Shown here: positions 34,888-43,694 of the stretch, piece by piece
How positions within the stretch are numbered: the first letter of the stretch is position 1
How the letters are laid out: each line of letters opens with the position of its first letter
NCBI GenBank assembly: GCA_963714885.1
Contig: CAVQQV010000049.1
Span: forward strand, 1,177-65,176
Source of the DNA: Candidatus Sulfomarinibacteraceae bacterium
GTDB lineage: Bacteria > Acidobacteriota > Thermoanaerobaculia > Thermoanaerobaculales > Sulfomarinibacteraceae
Direction: 5' to 3'
Length of the DNA: 64,000 bases
The notes under the pieces: model-generated
What the model saw: the letters and a program-made list of their open reading frames with translations, nothing else
Told to the model about the DNA's origin: nothing
Database searches by the model: none
Program-made: the position numbers and the translations under genes

Positions 34888-37563
34888 ATGCGTTCCCGCC
34901 GTGTTCTGCTGACCCTGATCGCGATCGTTGCCGTGGTCGTGTCGGGGTCGTCCATCGCGCGCACCGTTCGCAGCTTTTACCGGCTGGATTTTCGGGTGTC
35001 GTGGGTGGAGGCCGGGCTGCTCGTGGACGGCGTGCCCGAGGGTTCCAGCGCGGCCGTCGCCGGGCTCGCCAAAGGCGACATGATCATCAAGGTGGATGGC
35101 GTCGCCATCGAGCAGTTCGAGGACCCGGCCTTCGTGCTGGCGGGCGGCGACGAGCACGGCATCACGGTGCTGCAGAGCGACGGCGGCGTCGAGGAACTGC
35201 GGTTTCGTTCGCCGCCGCCGGCGATCAACTCGGTTTATCTGGCGCGGACCGCGGTCGGGCTGATCGGTCTCGCCCTCGCGCTCTATACCGTGTGGTCAAC
35301 GCCGCGGCGTGAGGCCGCGACCTTCCTCCTCCTGGCGGCCGCCGCCCTCCTGATGGGAGCGGTCCCGAACCGGATCGCGGCCGCGGAGCTCACCCTGCAG
35401 GTGGTTCGTCGCGCGGCGGGCGCCGCCCTGCCGTTTCTGATCGCACGGTTTTTTGCCATCTTTCCCGAGCGGACACGGTCGATGCGGAACCTCGATCTGT
35501 TGACGCTGGTGGCGGTGGCGGGTTCGGGCGCCACCGCCTTTCTCCGCGGCGCGGAGGCGTGGTGGCCCGCGGTGGCGTCGCTGGTCCGGGTGTTGTTCGT
35601 GCTGTCGCTGATCGTCGGCTTCATCGTTCAGGTGTGGCGGTGGCGGGAATCCGCGCGTGAGGCCAGGATTCGGCGCCAGATCGAATGGGCGGCCCTCGGT
35701 CTCTTCGTGGGTCTGGCGCCTTTTGTCTCCCTGGTCATGGTGCCGCGCTGGATCGGGATCAGCTTCGAGCCCTTTTCGTGGCTGGCGGTCTTCCCGATGG
35801 TGGCGATGCCGCTGACGCTGGTGGCCGCCCTTCGCGAGTACCGTCTGTGGGACCTCGAGCCCATCGCCCGGGACCTTTTGTCGGCGACTCTCGTGGTGGT
35901 GACGGGCGCCTTTATCTTTGCCGTCACCAACCACCTCCTGCTTCGCTACACCGGCGGGCTCGGCTCGCTCCGCAACCTCTTCGCCTTTGCAACGGGCGTG
36001 CTGCTGGTGGTTCTGCTGCAACCGGTTCGGGTGCGGGTCGAGCGGTTCCTCGATGCTTTTCTTCACCACGGGAGGCAGGCGCCGCGCTCCCTGCTCACCG
36101 GCGCAAGCCGCGACCTGGCCACGGTGACCAACCCCCGAGAGCTGCTCGAACGACTCTCCGAGACCCTCCATCAGGGGTTGGAGTTCGATCTCGTTGCCAC
36201 CTATCTCCGGGTCGCGGGGGAGATCTTCGAGCGGATCACGGGGAACCCCGAAACCCTGCCGGATTTTCTGCCGGCGATGGCGGCGGAAACTCCTTTCCCG
36301 GGTCGACACGAGAACCCCCTCCAACTCGCCGGGTTTGCGGTGAGGATCCCATTGGAGCGCGTCGGCACTGTCCACGGTCTGCTCTACCTGGGCCTCCGGC
36401 GCGGCGTCTTCCCGCTCGGCAGCGAGGGCGAGGCGGTGGTGGGCGCGTTTGCCGCGCAGGCAGCGCTGGCATTGGAAAGCGCGCGCTACCTCGATGACCT
36501 GCGCCGTCAGGCGGAGGAGTACCGCATCCTCCACGCCAACACCCAACGCATCATCGAGTCCTCGGCGGCGGCCATCCTGGTGTGTGACGCTTCGGCCCAC
36601 ATCCTCACCGCGAATCGGCACGCGGCGAACATCTTCGGGCGCGAGGCGCAGGCCCTGGTCGGCCTGCCCTTGGATGAGCTGGTCGAGCTGCCCGAGGCTT
36701 GGCACATCGAGCTCCCCATGCACGCGGTCAACACCGAGGCGCGCACCCATTCCGCCCCGCCGCGGCGGGTCATCCTCGCGGTGTCGGTGCTCGAGCTCGA
36801 CAGCGGGAGCTTCAACGGCCGCGTGGTGGTGCTTCAGGACGTCACCGAGCTGCGTGAGCTTCAGGACAGGATCCTGGAACAAGAACGGTTGGCCGGTTTG
36901 GGGCGGCTGGCGTCGGGGCTGGCCCACGAGATCAACACGCCGCTGACGGGGATTTCATCCTACGCCCAGATGTTGGGTGAGATGACCCCGGACAGCGACC
37001 CGCGCGCAGGGCTCATCACCAAGCTGGTCGACCAGAGCTTTCGGGTGTCGAGCATCGTCTCCAACCTGCGCTCGATGGTCAGGGGCTCGAGCGACAGCCG
37101 GATGGTGCTCGACATCAACGGGGTGGTCGAACGGGCCGCTCGCGAGGCAGCCAGATCGCTGGGCAGGGACGCCGCCCTCGAAATCGAGGTGAGCGGCGAA
37201 CCGGTCATGGTCTGGGCATCGGTGGCGCCGCTCGAACTGTCGGTCGGCAATATCGTGCGCAACGCCATCGAGGCGTCACACTCCGGAGGGACCGTGCGCC
37301 TGTCTATCAGCTGCGAGGGCGAGTGGGCGGAGATTCGGGTCGACGATTCGGGCCCCGGGCTGGCGGGCAACACCGAGGAACGCGTGTTCGAACCGTTCTA
37401 CTCGACCAAGACCGACCGCGGCGGCAGCGGTCTCGGTCTCGCCATCACGCGTGATATGATCGCCCAACTCGGCGGCAGGGTCAGACTCGAGAACAGGGCG
37501 GATGGCGGGGCCCGTGCCACGATCAGGCTACAGAGATGGCAGGATCCAAATCAATCCTCGTAA
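34888..37563 (+). CDS. Membrane sensor histidine kinase (PDZ + multi-TM + GAF + PAS + HisKA/HATPase)
   Basis: PDZ (SSAAVAGLAKGDMIIKVDG), many TM helices, AAQAALALESA, GLAHEINTPL, DDSGPG, FEPFYSTK, GLGL. Confidence 0.9.
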   Translation: MRSRRVLLTLIAIVAVVVSGSSIARTVRSFYRLDFRVSWVEAGLLVDGVPEGSSAAVAGLAKGDMIIKVDGVAIEQFEDPAFVLAGGDEHGITVLQSDGGVEELRFRSPPPAINSVYLARTAVGLIGLALALYTVWSTPRREAATFLLLAAAALLMGAVPNRIAAAELTLQVVRRAAGAALPFLIARFFAIFPERTRSMRNLDLLTLVAVAGSGATAFLRGAEAWWPAVASLVRVLFVLSLIVGFIVQVWRWRESAREARIRRQIEWAALGLFVGLAPFVSLVMVPRWIGISFEPFSWLAVFPMVAMPLTLVAALREYRLWDLEPIARDLLSATLVVVTGAFIFAVTNHLLLRYTGGLGSLRNLFAFATGVLLVVLLQPVRVRVERFLDAFLHHGRQAPRSLLTGASRDLATVTNPRELLERLSETLHQGLEFDLVATYLRVAGEIFERITGNPETLPDFLPAMAAETPFPGRHENPLQLAGFAVRIPLERVGTVHGLLYLGLRRGVFPLGSEGEAVVGAFAAQAALALESARYLDDLRRQAEEYRILHANTQRIIESSAAAILVCDASAHILTANRHAANIFGREAQALVGLPLDELVELPEAWHIELPMHAVNTEARTHSAPPRRVILAVSVLELDSGSFNGRVVVLQDVTELRELQDRILEQERLAGLGRLASGLAHEINTPLTGISSYAQMLGEMTPDSDPRAGLITKLVDQSFRVSSIVSNLRSMVRGSSDSRMVLDINGVVERAAREAARSLGRDAALEIEVSGEPVMVWASVAPLELSVGNIVRNAIEASHSGGTVRLSISCEGEWAEIRVDDSGPGLAGNTEERVFEPFYSTKTDRGGSGLGLAITRDMIAQLGGRVRLENRADGGARATIRLQRWQDPNQSS

Positions 37564-38915
37564 TTGACGACGAGCCCGTCCTCCAGGATGTGCTCGGGTC
37601 CCTCCTCAAGGGCAATGGCTTCGATTGTCACCAGGCCATGACGGCCGCCGACGGAATGCGCGTGCTCCGCGAAGAAGAGATCGATGTCGTGCTCCTCGAT
37701 CTCATGCTTCCAGATCGCAGCGGCCTCGACCTGTTGCCGGAGATCAAGATCCTCGACCCGCACCTGCCGGTGGTCGTCATCACCGCCTACTCGTCGGTGG
37801 AGTCAGCGATCGAGGCGATGCGGCGCGGCGCCTTCCACTACGTGCCGAAGCCCTTCAAAAACGAAGAGGTCCTGCACCTGGTGCGGCGCGCCGCCGAGCA
37901 GCGGGCGCTGCAGGTCGAAAACGTGCAACTCCGGAGCCGGCTCGAGGGGATGGGCGAGATCGTCGGCAAGAGCCGCCGCCTCGAAGAGGTCTTCGAGCTG
38001 ATCCGCAGGGCGGCGCCCGCCCGTTCCAACATCCTGCTGGTAGGAGAATCCGGAACGGGCAAGGAACTGGCGGCGCGGGCGATCCACCGGCTCAGCCCCC
38101 GCAGCGACGGCCCCTTCGTGCCCGTCCACACCAGCGCCATCCCGGCCGATCTTCTGGAATCGACCCTGTTCGGTCATGTCAAGGGCGCGTTCACGGGCGC
38201 GATCAACAATCGCAAGGGCCTCTTCGAGGCTGCCCACGAGGGCACCCTGTTTCTCGACGAGGTGGGCACCATCTCGCCGGAGACCCAGACCAAGCTGTTG
38301 CGGGTGATCCAGGAACGTGAGATCCGCCGGGTCGGCAGCGTCGAGGCGAGAAAGGTCGACACCCGGCTGGTGGTCGCCACCAACAGCGATCTGTGGCAGG
38401 AGGTCCAGTCGGGCCGCTTCCGCGAGGACCTCTACTATCGCCTCAACGTGATCTCCATCGAGTTGCCGCCGCTGCGCGAACGGCGCGACGACATCCCTCT
38501 GCTCGCGACCCATTTTCTACGCATCTACGCCGAGGAGAACAAACGCAACGTGCAGGGGTTGTCGTCCTCGGCGATGGACGCTCTCGCCGAGTACCACTGG
38601 CCGGGCAATGTCCGTGAGCTCGAAAACGCGGTCGAGCGCGCCGTGGTTCTGTGTCAGGCGGACACCATCGACGTCGACGAGCTGCCGCTGGCGGTGCGCG
38701 GCGAGGGGCTGACCGCGGCCCCCGGGATCGATTTTCCGGCCGCCGGGGTCGATCTCCGCGAGGCCGTGAACGAGTATCAGACGAAGCTCATCCGCGAGGC
38801 CCTCCACCGCAGCGGTGGCGTCCAGCGCCGCGCCGCCAAGCTCCTCAAACTGAGCCCCACGACCCTCAACGAGATGATCCACCGGCTCGGGGTGGATGTC
38901 TCCGGAGACGACTGA
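37536..38915 (+). CDS. Sigma-54-dependent response regulator (NtrC family)
   Basis: Receiver domain; GESGTGKE, LFGHVKGAFTGA, WPGNVREL, HTH; overlaps the kinase gene. Confidence 0.95.
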   Translation: MAGSKSILVIDDEPVLQDVLGSLLKGNGFDCHQAMTAADGMRVLREEEIDVVLLDLMLPDRSGLDLLPEIKILDPHLPVVVITAYSSVESAIEAMRRGAFHYVPKPFKNEEVLHLVRRAAEQRALQVENVQLRSRLEGMGEIVGKSRRLEEVFELIRRAAPARSNILLVGESGTGKELAARAIHRLSPRSDGPFVPVHTSAIPADLLESTLFGHVKGAFTGAINNRKGLFEAAHEGTLFLDEVGTISPETQTKLLRVIQEREIRRVGSVEARKVDTRLVVATNSDLWQEVQSGRFREDLYYRLNVISIELPPLRERRDDIPLLATHFLRIYAEENKRNVQGLSSSAMDALAEYHWPGNVRELENAVERAVVLCQADTIDVDELPLAVRGEGLTAAPGIDFPAAGVDLREAVNEYQTKLIREALHRSGGVQRRAAKLLKLSPTTLNEMIHRLGVDVSGDD

Positions 38916-38995
38916 CTCGTATCAGGACGCGCTTCCCGAGAGGCTGCCAGGCGCGTCCGCAGCATCTGAGACATAGCCCGCCTTTCCGACCGGCA

Positions 38996-39095
38996 TTCCC
39001 GGGAGGAGCCCCCCTATGCATTGTTTGCCCGCACCGTCCTGCCTGCCGGTAGGGTCCCGAATCAAACAATGCAAAGGACGGCACCTCCGCCGCAC
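38996..39095 (+). repeat. 100-bp dispersed hairpin element
   Basis: TTCCCGGGAGGAGCC...TGCATTGTTTG-loop-CAAACAATGCA...GGCACCTCCGCCGCAC. Confidence 0.8.
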
Positions 39096-39303
39096 ATTGA
39101 TCGGTAGATATGCCGACGGCCCCGTGGGGGGAACGGGGCCGCCGACTCGAGGAGGTTGTGATGCGATTGATTCTACGAATCACCCGCAAAAAGGTTTCAT
39201 TCCACGTCGGTCGGGTTCACAAAAGAGCTGTGTTCCCCGTGGCAACGCTTTGTCGCTGCTCGTGAGCTCCCCATTCTGCAATGATGTGGGGGAGGTTGGG
39301 CCG

Positions 39304-39338
39304 GAATTCCGAAATCCGAATTCCGAATTCCGAAATCA
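39304..39338. repeat. Heptamer tandem repeat GAA(A/T)TCC x5 overlapping the mnmA stop
   Basis: gaattcc gaaatcc gaattcc gaattcc gaaatca. Confidence 0.8.
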
Positions 39339-40394
39339 CTCCATCACCCCGCCCCCCAGACACTCCTCGCCATCGTAGAGGGCGGCGAACTGTCCGGGCG
39401 CGATGCCGGGGTCCTGGGTCTCCACCAACTCCACTGAGAGCCCTCCGTCATCGTCGAAGACCGCCGCGCATAGGTCCATGTGCTGGCCGTGCCGGATCTT
39501 GACCTCGAGTCGACTCGCGGAGGGCGGGCCCGCGATCCAGTGCGGTAGGGGTATGCGGAAGTGGCGGCGCTGGAACTGGGCGAGCCGGTCGGCGTGGACG
39601 ACCGTGACGATGTTGTTCGGGTGGTCCTTGTCGACGACGTACCACGGGCCCGAACCGAGACCGAGGCCCCGCCGTTGGCCGATGGTGTGAAACCATGTGC
39701 CGCGGTGGGTGCCGAGCAACTCGCCCGTCACGGCCTCGCGGATCTCGCCCGGCCTCTCGCCGAGGTGGTGGTGGACGAAATCGTCAAACGGCACCCGGCC
39801 GAGAAAACAGATGCCCTGGCTGTCGGGCCGGTCGGCGTTGGCGAGCCCGAGGCGGCGGGCCTCGTCGCGCACCTGGGCCTTGGTCAGATCGCCGATGGGG
39901 AAGAGCGCTCGTGTCAGCTGGTCCTGGCGCAGCTGGCACAGAAAGTAGGTCTGGTCCTTGTGGGCGTCCGCGGCGCGCAACAGCCTGGCGAGGCCGTCCC
40001 GGGCGCCGACCCGTGCGTGGTGTCCCGAGGCGACGAAGTCGAACTTCTCGCCGATGCGATCGACAAAGGCGCCGAACTTGATCATCCGGTTGCACATGAC
40101 ATCGGGGCTCGGCGTGTGGCCGGACTTGAGCTCGTCGAGGGCGTAGGCGACGACGGTGTCGAGGTACTCCCTCTGGAGCGAAACCACCTCGAGCGGGATG
40201 CCGGCGGTGTCGCAGGCCTGGCGGACGTATTCGAGGTCCTCCTCCCACGGGCAGCTGCCGAGGAAGGCCATGTCGTCCTCGAGCCAGATCTTGAGGTAGA
40301 ACGCCGTCAGGTCGTGCCGCCCCTCCTCGGCGAGACGCAGCAACGCCACCGACGAATCCACACCACCCGACGCGAGAACGGCAACCCTGCTCAT
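39336..40394 (-). CDS. mnmA: tRNA 2-thiouridine(34) synthase MnmA
   Basis: SGGVDS, TPSPDVMCNRMIKFG, KDQTYFL, DSQGICFLG, TIGQRRGLG, APGQFA. Confidence 0.97.
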   Translation of the reverse strand: MSRVAVLASGGVDSSVALLRLAEEGRHDLTAFYLKIWLEDDMAFLGSCPWEEDLEYVRQACDTAGIPLEVVSLQREYLDTVVAYALDELKSGHTPSPDVMCNRMIKFGAFVDRIGEKFDFVASGHHARVGARDGLARLLRAADAHKDQTYFLCQLRQDQLTRALFPIGDLTKAQVRDEARRLGLANADRPDSQGICFLGRVPFDDFVHHHLGERPGEIREAVTGELLGTHRGTWFHTIGQRRGLGLGSGPWYVVDKDHPNNIVTVVHADRLAQFQRRHFRIPLPHWIAGPPSASRLEVKIRHGQHMDLCAAVFDDDGGLSVELVETQDPGIAPGQFAALYDGEECLGGGVME

Positions 40395-40409
40395 GGGATC
40401 AGGATAGAA

Positions 40410-40506
40410 GATTTCGGATTTCGGAATGCGGATTTCGGATTTATCTTTCCGTCTTCGCTGGATCGATGGGCGGAAATCCGAAATTCGAAATCCGCAAATC
40501 CGAAAT
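40410..40506. repeat. Inverted heptamer arrays (GATTTCG)n...(CGAAATC)n
   Basis: 40410-40442 and 40474-40506 are roughly reverse-complementary arrays around a 31-bp spacer. Confidence 0.8.
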
Positions 40507-40532
40507 TGAAGCCCACCGGCAATACGGTCAAA

Positions 40533-40931
40533 TCAGCGCATATATTTGTTATGCACCATGTGTTCCACGTACCGGTCGGTGTGGATGCCGTAGTCCTTGA
40601 GCAGACCCTCGGCCGAGACCACGAAGGTCGCCTCCTCGCCGGCCGTGCGGGAGAAGTAGACGCGGTGGGTCTCGCCGGACATGTGCACATCGAGGGCGCA
40701 CAGGCCATCAGAGAGTTCGGACACCAGGCTCTGGTCGCACACCGGACAGAAGAAATTCCAGGTGGTCCCCGGCGGCATTTCCTCACCCGGTGGCAGATCG
40801 ACTTCGTAGTTTCCTGGTTGTGGGTGGAAACCGGCCAGGAAACGGTGATCGTCTCGTTCGGCGCAGAGCACGACCCGTTCCCCGGGGTTGAGCAGGGATG
40901 CGCAGTGGGGGCAGGAATAGGTCCAGTGCAT
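40533..40931 (-). CDS. Small Cys-rich hypothetical protein (two CxxC motifs)
   Basis: YSCPHC and FFCPVC; SD GGAG; GC3-biased codons. Confidence 0.7.
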   Translation of the reverse strand: MHWTYSCPHCASLLNPGERVVLCAERDDHRFLAGFHPQPGNYEVDLPPGEEMPPGTTWNFFCPVCDQSLVSELSDGLCALDVHMSGETHRVYFSRTAGEEATFVVSAEGLLKDYGIHTDRYVEHMVHNKYMR

Positions 40932-40996
40932 GTCTCACTCTCCCAGGCTTCAGGATAGCGAAAAACCCCCCCGGTCGGGGAAAGGAGGTCTCGATC

Positions 40997-41710
40997 TCAG
41001 AGCAGCGCCACGCCCAGCTCTCGCAGTTGGCGGGTGGCCACGTCCGCCCACCCCCGGTTGGCGGCGGGGCTTGCCGGGCTCGGGTGGAGAATGCGGCCGA
41101 TCGCGATGCCGCTGCCCTCGAGGGCAGTCGTGGCCCGCCCTTCGGCAAAGGCGCCGATTCCGACCACGAGCTGCGGCCGCAGGTGCTCCACCGTTCGCCG
41201 CAGGGCGAGATCGCAGGCCGCGAACAGCAGTTCACGTTCGGCTGCGGGTAACTTGTCCGGGGTTCGATTGCGGCCGGTTGATTCCATGAAGGTCAACGGA
41301 CAGTAGTTGCCGATAAAGAAGTCCTCGAAAAACCGTTCGGGGGTGTGGAAGAGCTCTCGTGCCCAACCCCACAATCGTGCTCCGCTGACCTCGGAGCGCG
41401 TGCAGGCGAGGCCGACTATCGGCCGCTTCGGGTGCTCGACGATGGGGCGCCCGATCTCGGCGGAAATCCTCAGCCAATCGCGGACGGCAGCCACCTCGCC
41501 GAAGGGCACCCCGGTCTGCGCCATCCCCCAGGGCCCGGGGTTCATACCGAGGAAGAGGATCTCCTTGGGGCCTCGGCCGTACAACTCCAGGTACTGGCGG
41601 TGCGCCGGCCACGCGTAGTCGAGCGGGTTGTAAACATGAGTCACCGGCGGCGCGAACTTCAGGTGATCAACCTCGGACGAGAGGTCTCGTGCAATTTCTA
41701 CCAGGTTCAC
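40997..41710 (-). CDS. SMUG1-type (family 3) uracil-DNA glycosylase
   Basis: VYNPLDYA, GMNPGPWGMAQTGVPFGE, SEVSGARLW, NYCPL, HPSP. GTG start at 41710; the upstream ORF extension is only translated repeat. Confidence 0.93.
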   Translation of the reverse strand: MNLVEIARDLSSEVDHLKFAPPVTHVYNPLDYAWPAHRQYLELYGRGPKEILFLGMNPGPWGMAQTGVPFGEVAAVRDWLRISAEIGRPIVEHPKRPIVGLACTRSEVSGARLWGWARELFHTPERFFEDFFIGNYCPLTFMESTGRNRTPDKLPAAERELLFAACDLALRRTVEHLRPQLVVGIGAFAEGRATTALEGSGIAIGRILHPSPASPAANRGWADVATRQLRELGVALL

Positions 41711-41745
41711 TGCAACCGCCCCCAGTGACAGAGAGTAGCAGTTTG

Positions 41746-41821
41746 CCGAAATCCGAAATCCGAAATCCGAAATCCGAAATCCGAAATCCGAAATCCGAAA
41801 TCCGAAATCCGAAATCCGAAA
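41746..41821. repeat. Perfect simple sequence repeat (CCGAAAT)x10
   Basis: Ten perfect units plus CCGAAA in the divergent gap between the UDG gene and ggt. Confidence 0.95.
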
Positions 41822-41856
41822 CCGCAGTTCGCGTACCATATGGGCCGGAGGTCGCC

Positions 41857-43554
41857 ATGCATCGGTTTGTCGTCCTGTCTCTGATCCTCGTCGCCGCTTC
41901 CATGACGTGTGCCGCCGACCGCCCCGAGGGCCGCGCCTTTGCCACCAGGTCGGTGACCTACGCCCGCCACGGGATGGTGGGCGCGGCCCACCCGCTGGCA
42001 GTGCAGATCGGTCTTGACGTGCTCAAGGCCGGCGGCTCTGCGGTGGATGCGGCGATCGCCACCAACGCGGCTCTCGGTTTTCTGGAGCCCGTGTCGTGCG
42101 GTCTCGGCGGCGACCTCTTTGCCATGGTGTGGGACCCGGCAAGTGAAAAACTCTACGGTCTCAACGCGTCAGGCCGCGCACCGGCATCGTTGACGATCGA
42201 CAAGGTTCCGGCGACCGAACGCGGAACCATCCCGGTGTACTCGCCCTACTCGTGGACGGTCCCGGGGTGCGCCGACGGGTGGTTCGCCCTCCATGAAAAG
42301 TTCGGTCGATTGCCGATGAAAGACCTCCTCGAACCGGTGGCTCAGATGGCGCGCGAGGGCGCACCGGTCCCTCAGGTGATCGCAGGATCGTGGGCCCGCG
42401 GCGCCGAGCGCTTCGCCGACTCGCCGGGATTCGCCGAGGTTTTCATGCCCGGGGGCGTGGTTCCGGCCGAAGGTGATGTCTTTGCCAACCCGGCGCTCGC
42501 CAATACCCTCGAGGTGCTGGCCGCGGGAGGGCGCGATGCCTTTTACGAAGGCGAGATCGCCCGCGAGATCGTCGCCTTTTCAAACGAGAACGGCGGGTTC
42601 TTCACGATGGAGGACTTCGCCAACCACACCAGTGAGTGGGTGGAGCCGATCTCGACCACTTACCGCGGGCTGACGGTGTGGGAGCTCCCGCCCAACCCAC
42701 AGGGCCTGGCGGCGCTGCAGATGCTCAACATCCTCGAAGGCTTCGACCTCACCGCCATGGGGCGTTCGAGCACCGACTTCTGGCACGTGATGGTGGAGGC
42801 CAAGAAGCTCGCCTACGAAGACCGTGCGCGGTACTACGCCGACATGCAGTTCTCCGAGGTGCCGGTCGAGGCCCTTCTCGACAAGGGCTACGCAGCCGAA
42901 CGGGCGAAGCTCATCGACATGCAACACGCTGCCAGGAGCTATGAGCCCGGCAACCCGGCTCTCAACCACGGCGATACCACATTCCTGGTCGCCGCCGACT
43001 CCAGCGGCATGCTGGTGTCGCTGATCCAGTCCAATTACACGGGTTTCGGGTCGGGATACGTGGTGCCGTCCGTCGGTATCGGCATCCAGGACCGGGGAGC
43101 GCTGTTTTCCCTGGACCCCGACCACCCCAATGCGCTCGAACCCGGCAAGCGTCCTTTCCACACCATCATTCCCGCGTTCATGGGGTGGAACGGAGTGCCC
43201 GACACCGCCTTCGGTCTCATGGGCGGCGACATGCAGCCCCAGGGCCACGTCCAGATCGTCGTCAACCTCGTCGACTTCGGGATGAACCTCCAGGAGGCGG
43301 GCGACGCGCCGCGCTTCCACCACGGCGGGTCGTCGGAGCCCACCGGGACGGTGATGACCTCGGGCGGCGAGCTCAACCTCGAATCGGGTCTCCCGATGGA
43401 GGTCTACCGCGATCTCAACCAACGCGGCCACACCATCGTCGAGACCAGCCCGGGCACCTTCGGCGGCTACCAGATCATCCACCGCGACCCCAAGACCGGG
43501 GTCCTCGCCGGCGCTACCGAGTCGCGCAAGGACGGGATGGCAGCCGGCTATTGA
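41857..43554 (+). CDS. ggt: Gamma-glutamyltransferase
   Basis: Signal peptide, GGSAVDAAIA, GLGGDLF, GDTT (nucleophile Thr), SLIQSNY.GFGSG, KRPFHTIIP, GGDMQPQGH; SD GGAGG. Confidence 0.95.
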   Translation: MHRFVVLSLILVAASMTCAADRPEGRAFATRSVTYARHGMVGAAHPLAVQIGLDVLKAGGSAVDAAIATNAALGFLEPVSCGLGGDLFAMVWDPASEKLYGLNASGRAPASLTIDKVPATERGTIPVYSPYSWTVPGCADGWFALHEKFGRLPMKDLLEPVAQMAREGAPVPQVIAGSWARGAERFADSPGFAEVFMPGGVVPAEGDVFANPALANTLEVLAAGGRDAFYEGEIAREIVAFSNENGGFFTMEDFANHTSEWVEPISTTYRGLTVWELPPNPQGLAALQMLNILEGFDLTAMGRSSTDFWHVMVEAKKLAYEDRARYYADMQFSEVPVEALLDKGYAAERAKLIDMQHAARSYEPGNPALNHGDTTFLVAADSSGMLVSLIQSNYTGFGSGYVVPSVGIGIQDRGALFSLDPDHPNALEPGKRPFHTIIPAFMGWNGVPDTAFGLMGGDMQPQGHVQIVVNLVDFGMNLQEAGDAPRFHHGGSSEPTGTVMTSGGELNLESGLPMEVYRDLNQRGHTIVETSPGTFGGYQIIHRDPKTGVLAGATESRKDGMAAGY

Positions 43555-43661
43555 TTTCGGATTTCGGATTTCGGATTTCGGATTTTCCCTCGGCCCACCC
43601 CGTGCTCAATAAACAGGGGAGTTGGGCAAATCCGAAATTCCGCAATTCCGAAATCCGAAAT
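43553..43661. repeat. Inverted heptamer arrays (GATTTCG)4...(CGAAATC)n
   Basis: Array starts inside the ggt stop codon; reverse-complement array at 43628-43661. Confidence 0.82.
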
Positions 43662-43694
43662 GGGAACGCCGAGGCATTCCGCTAAGATGCCCCC

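Noticed and set aside
41746-41821. Possible CRISPR array
   Set aside because: Contiguous 7-mers with no spacers and no cas genes.
41689-41856. N-terminal SDFGFRI / KSEIRNP peptide repeats in ORFs 40997-41839 and 41689-43554
   Set aside because: Translations of the intergenic heptamer tract; the real starts are 41710 (minus) and 41857 (plus).
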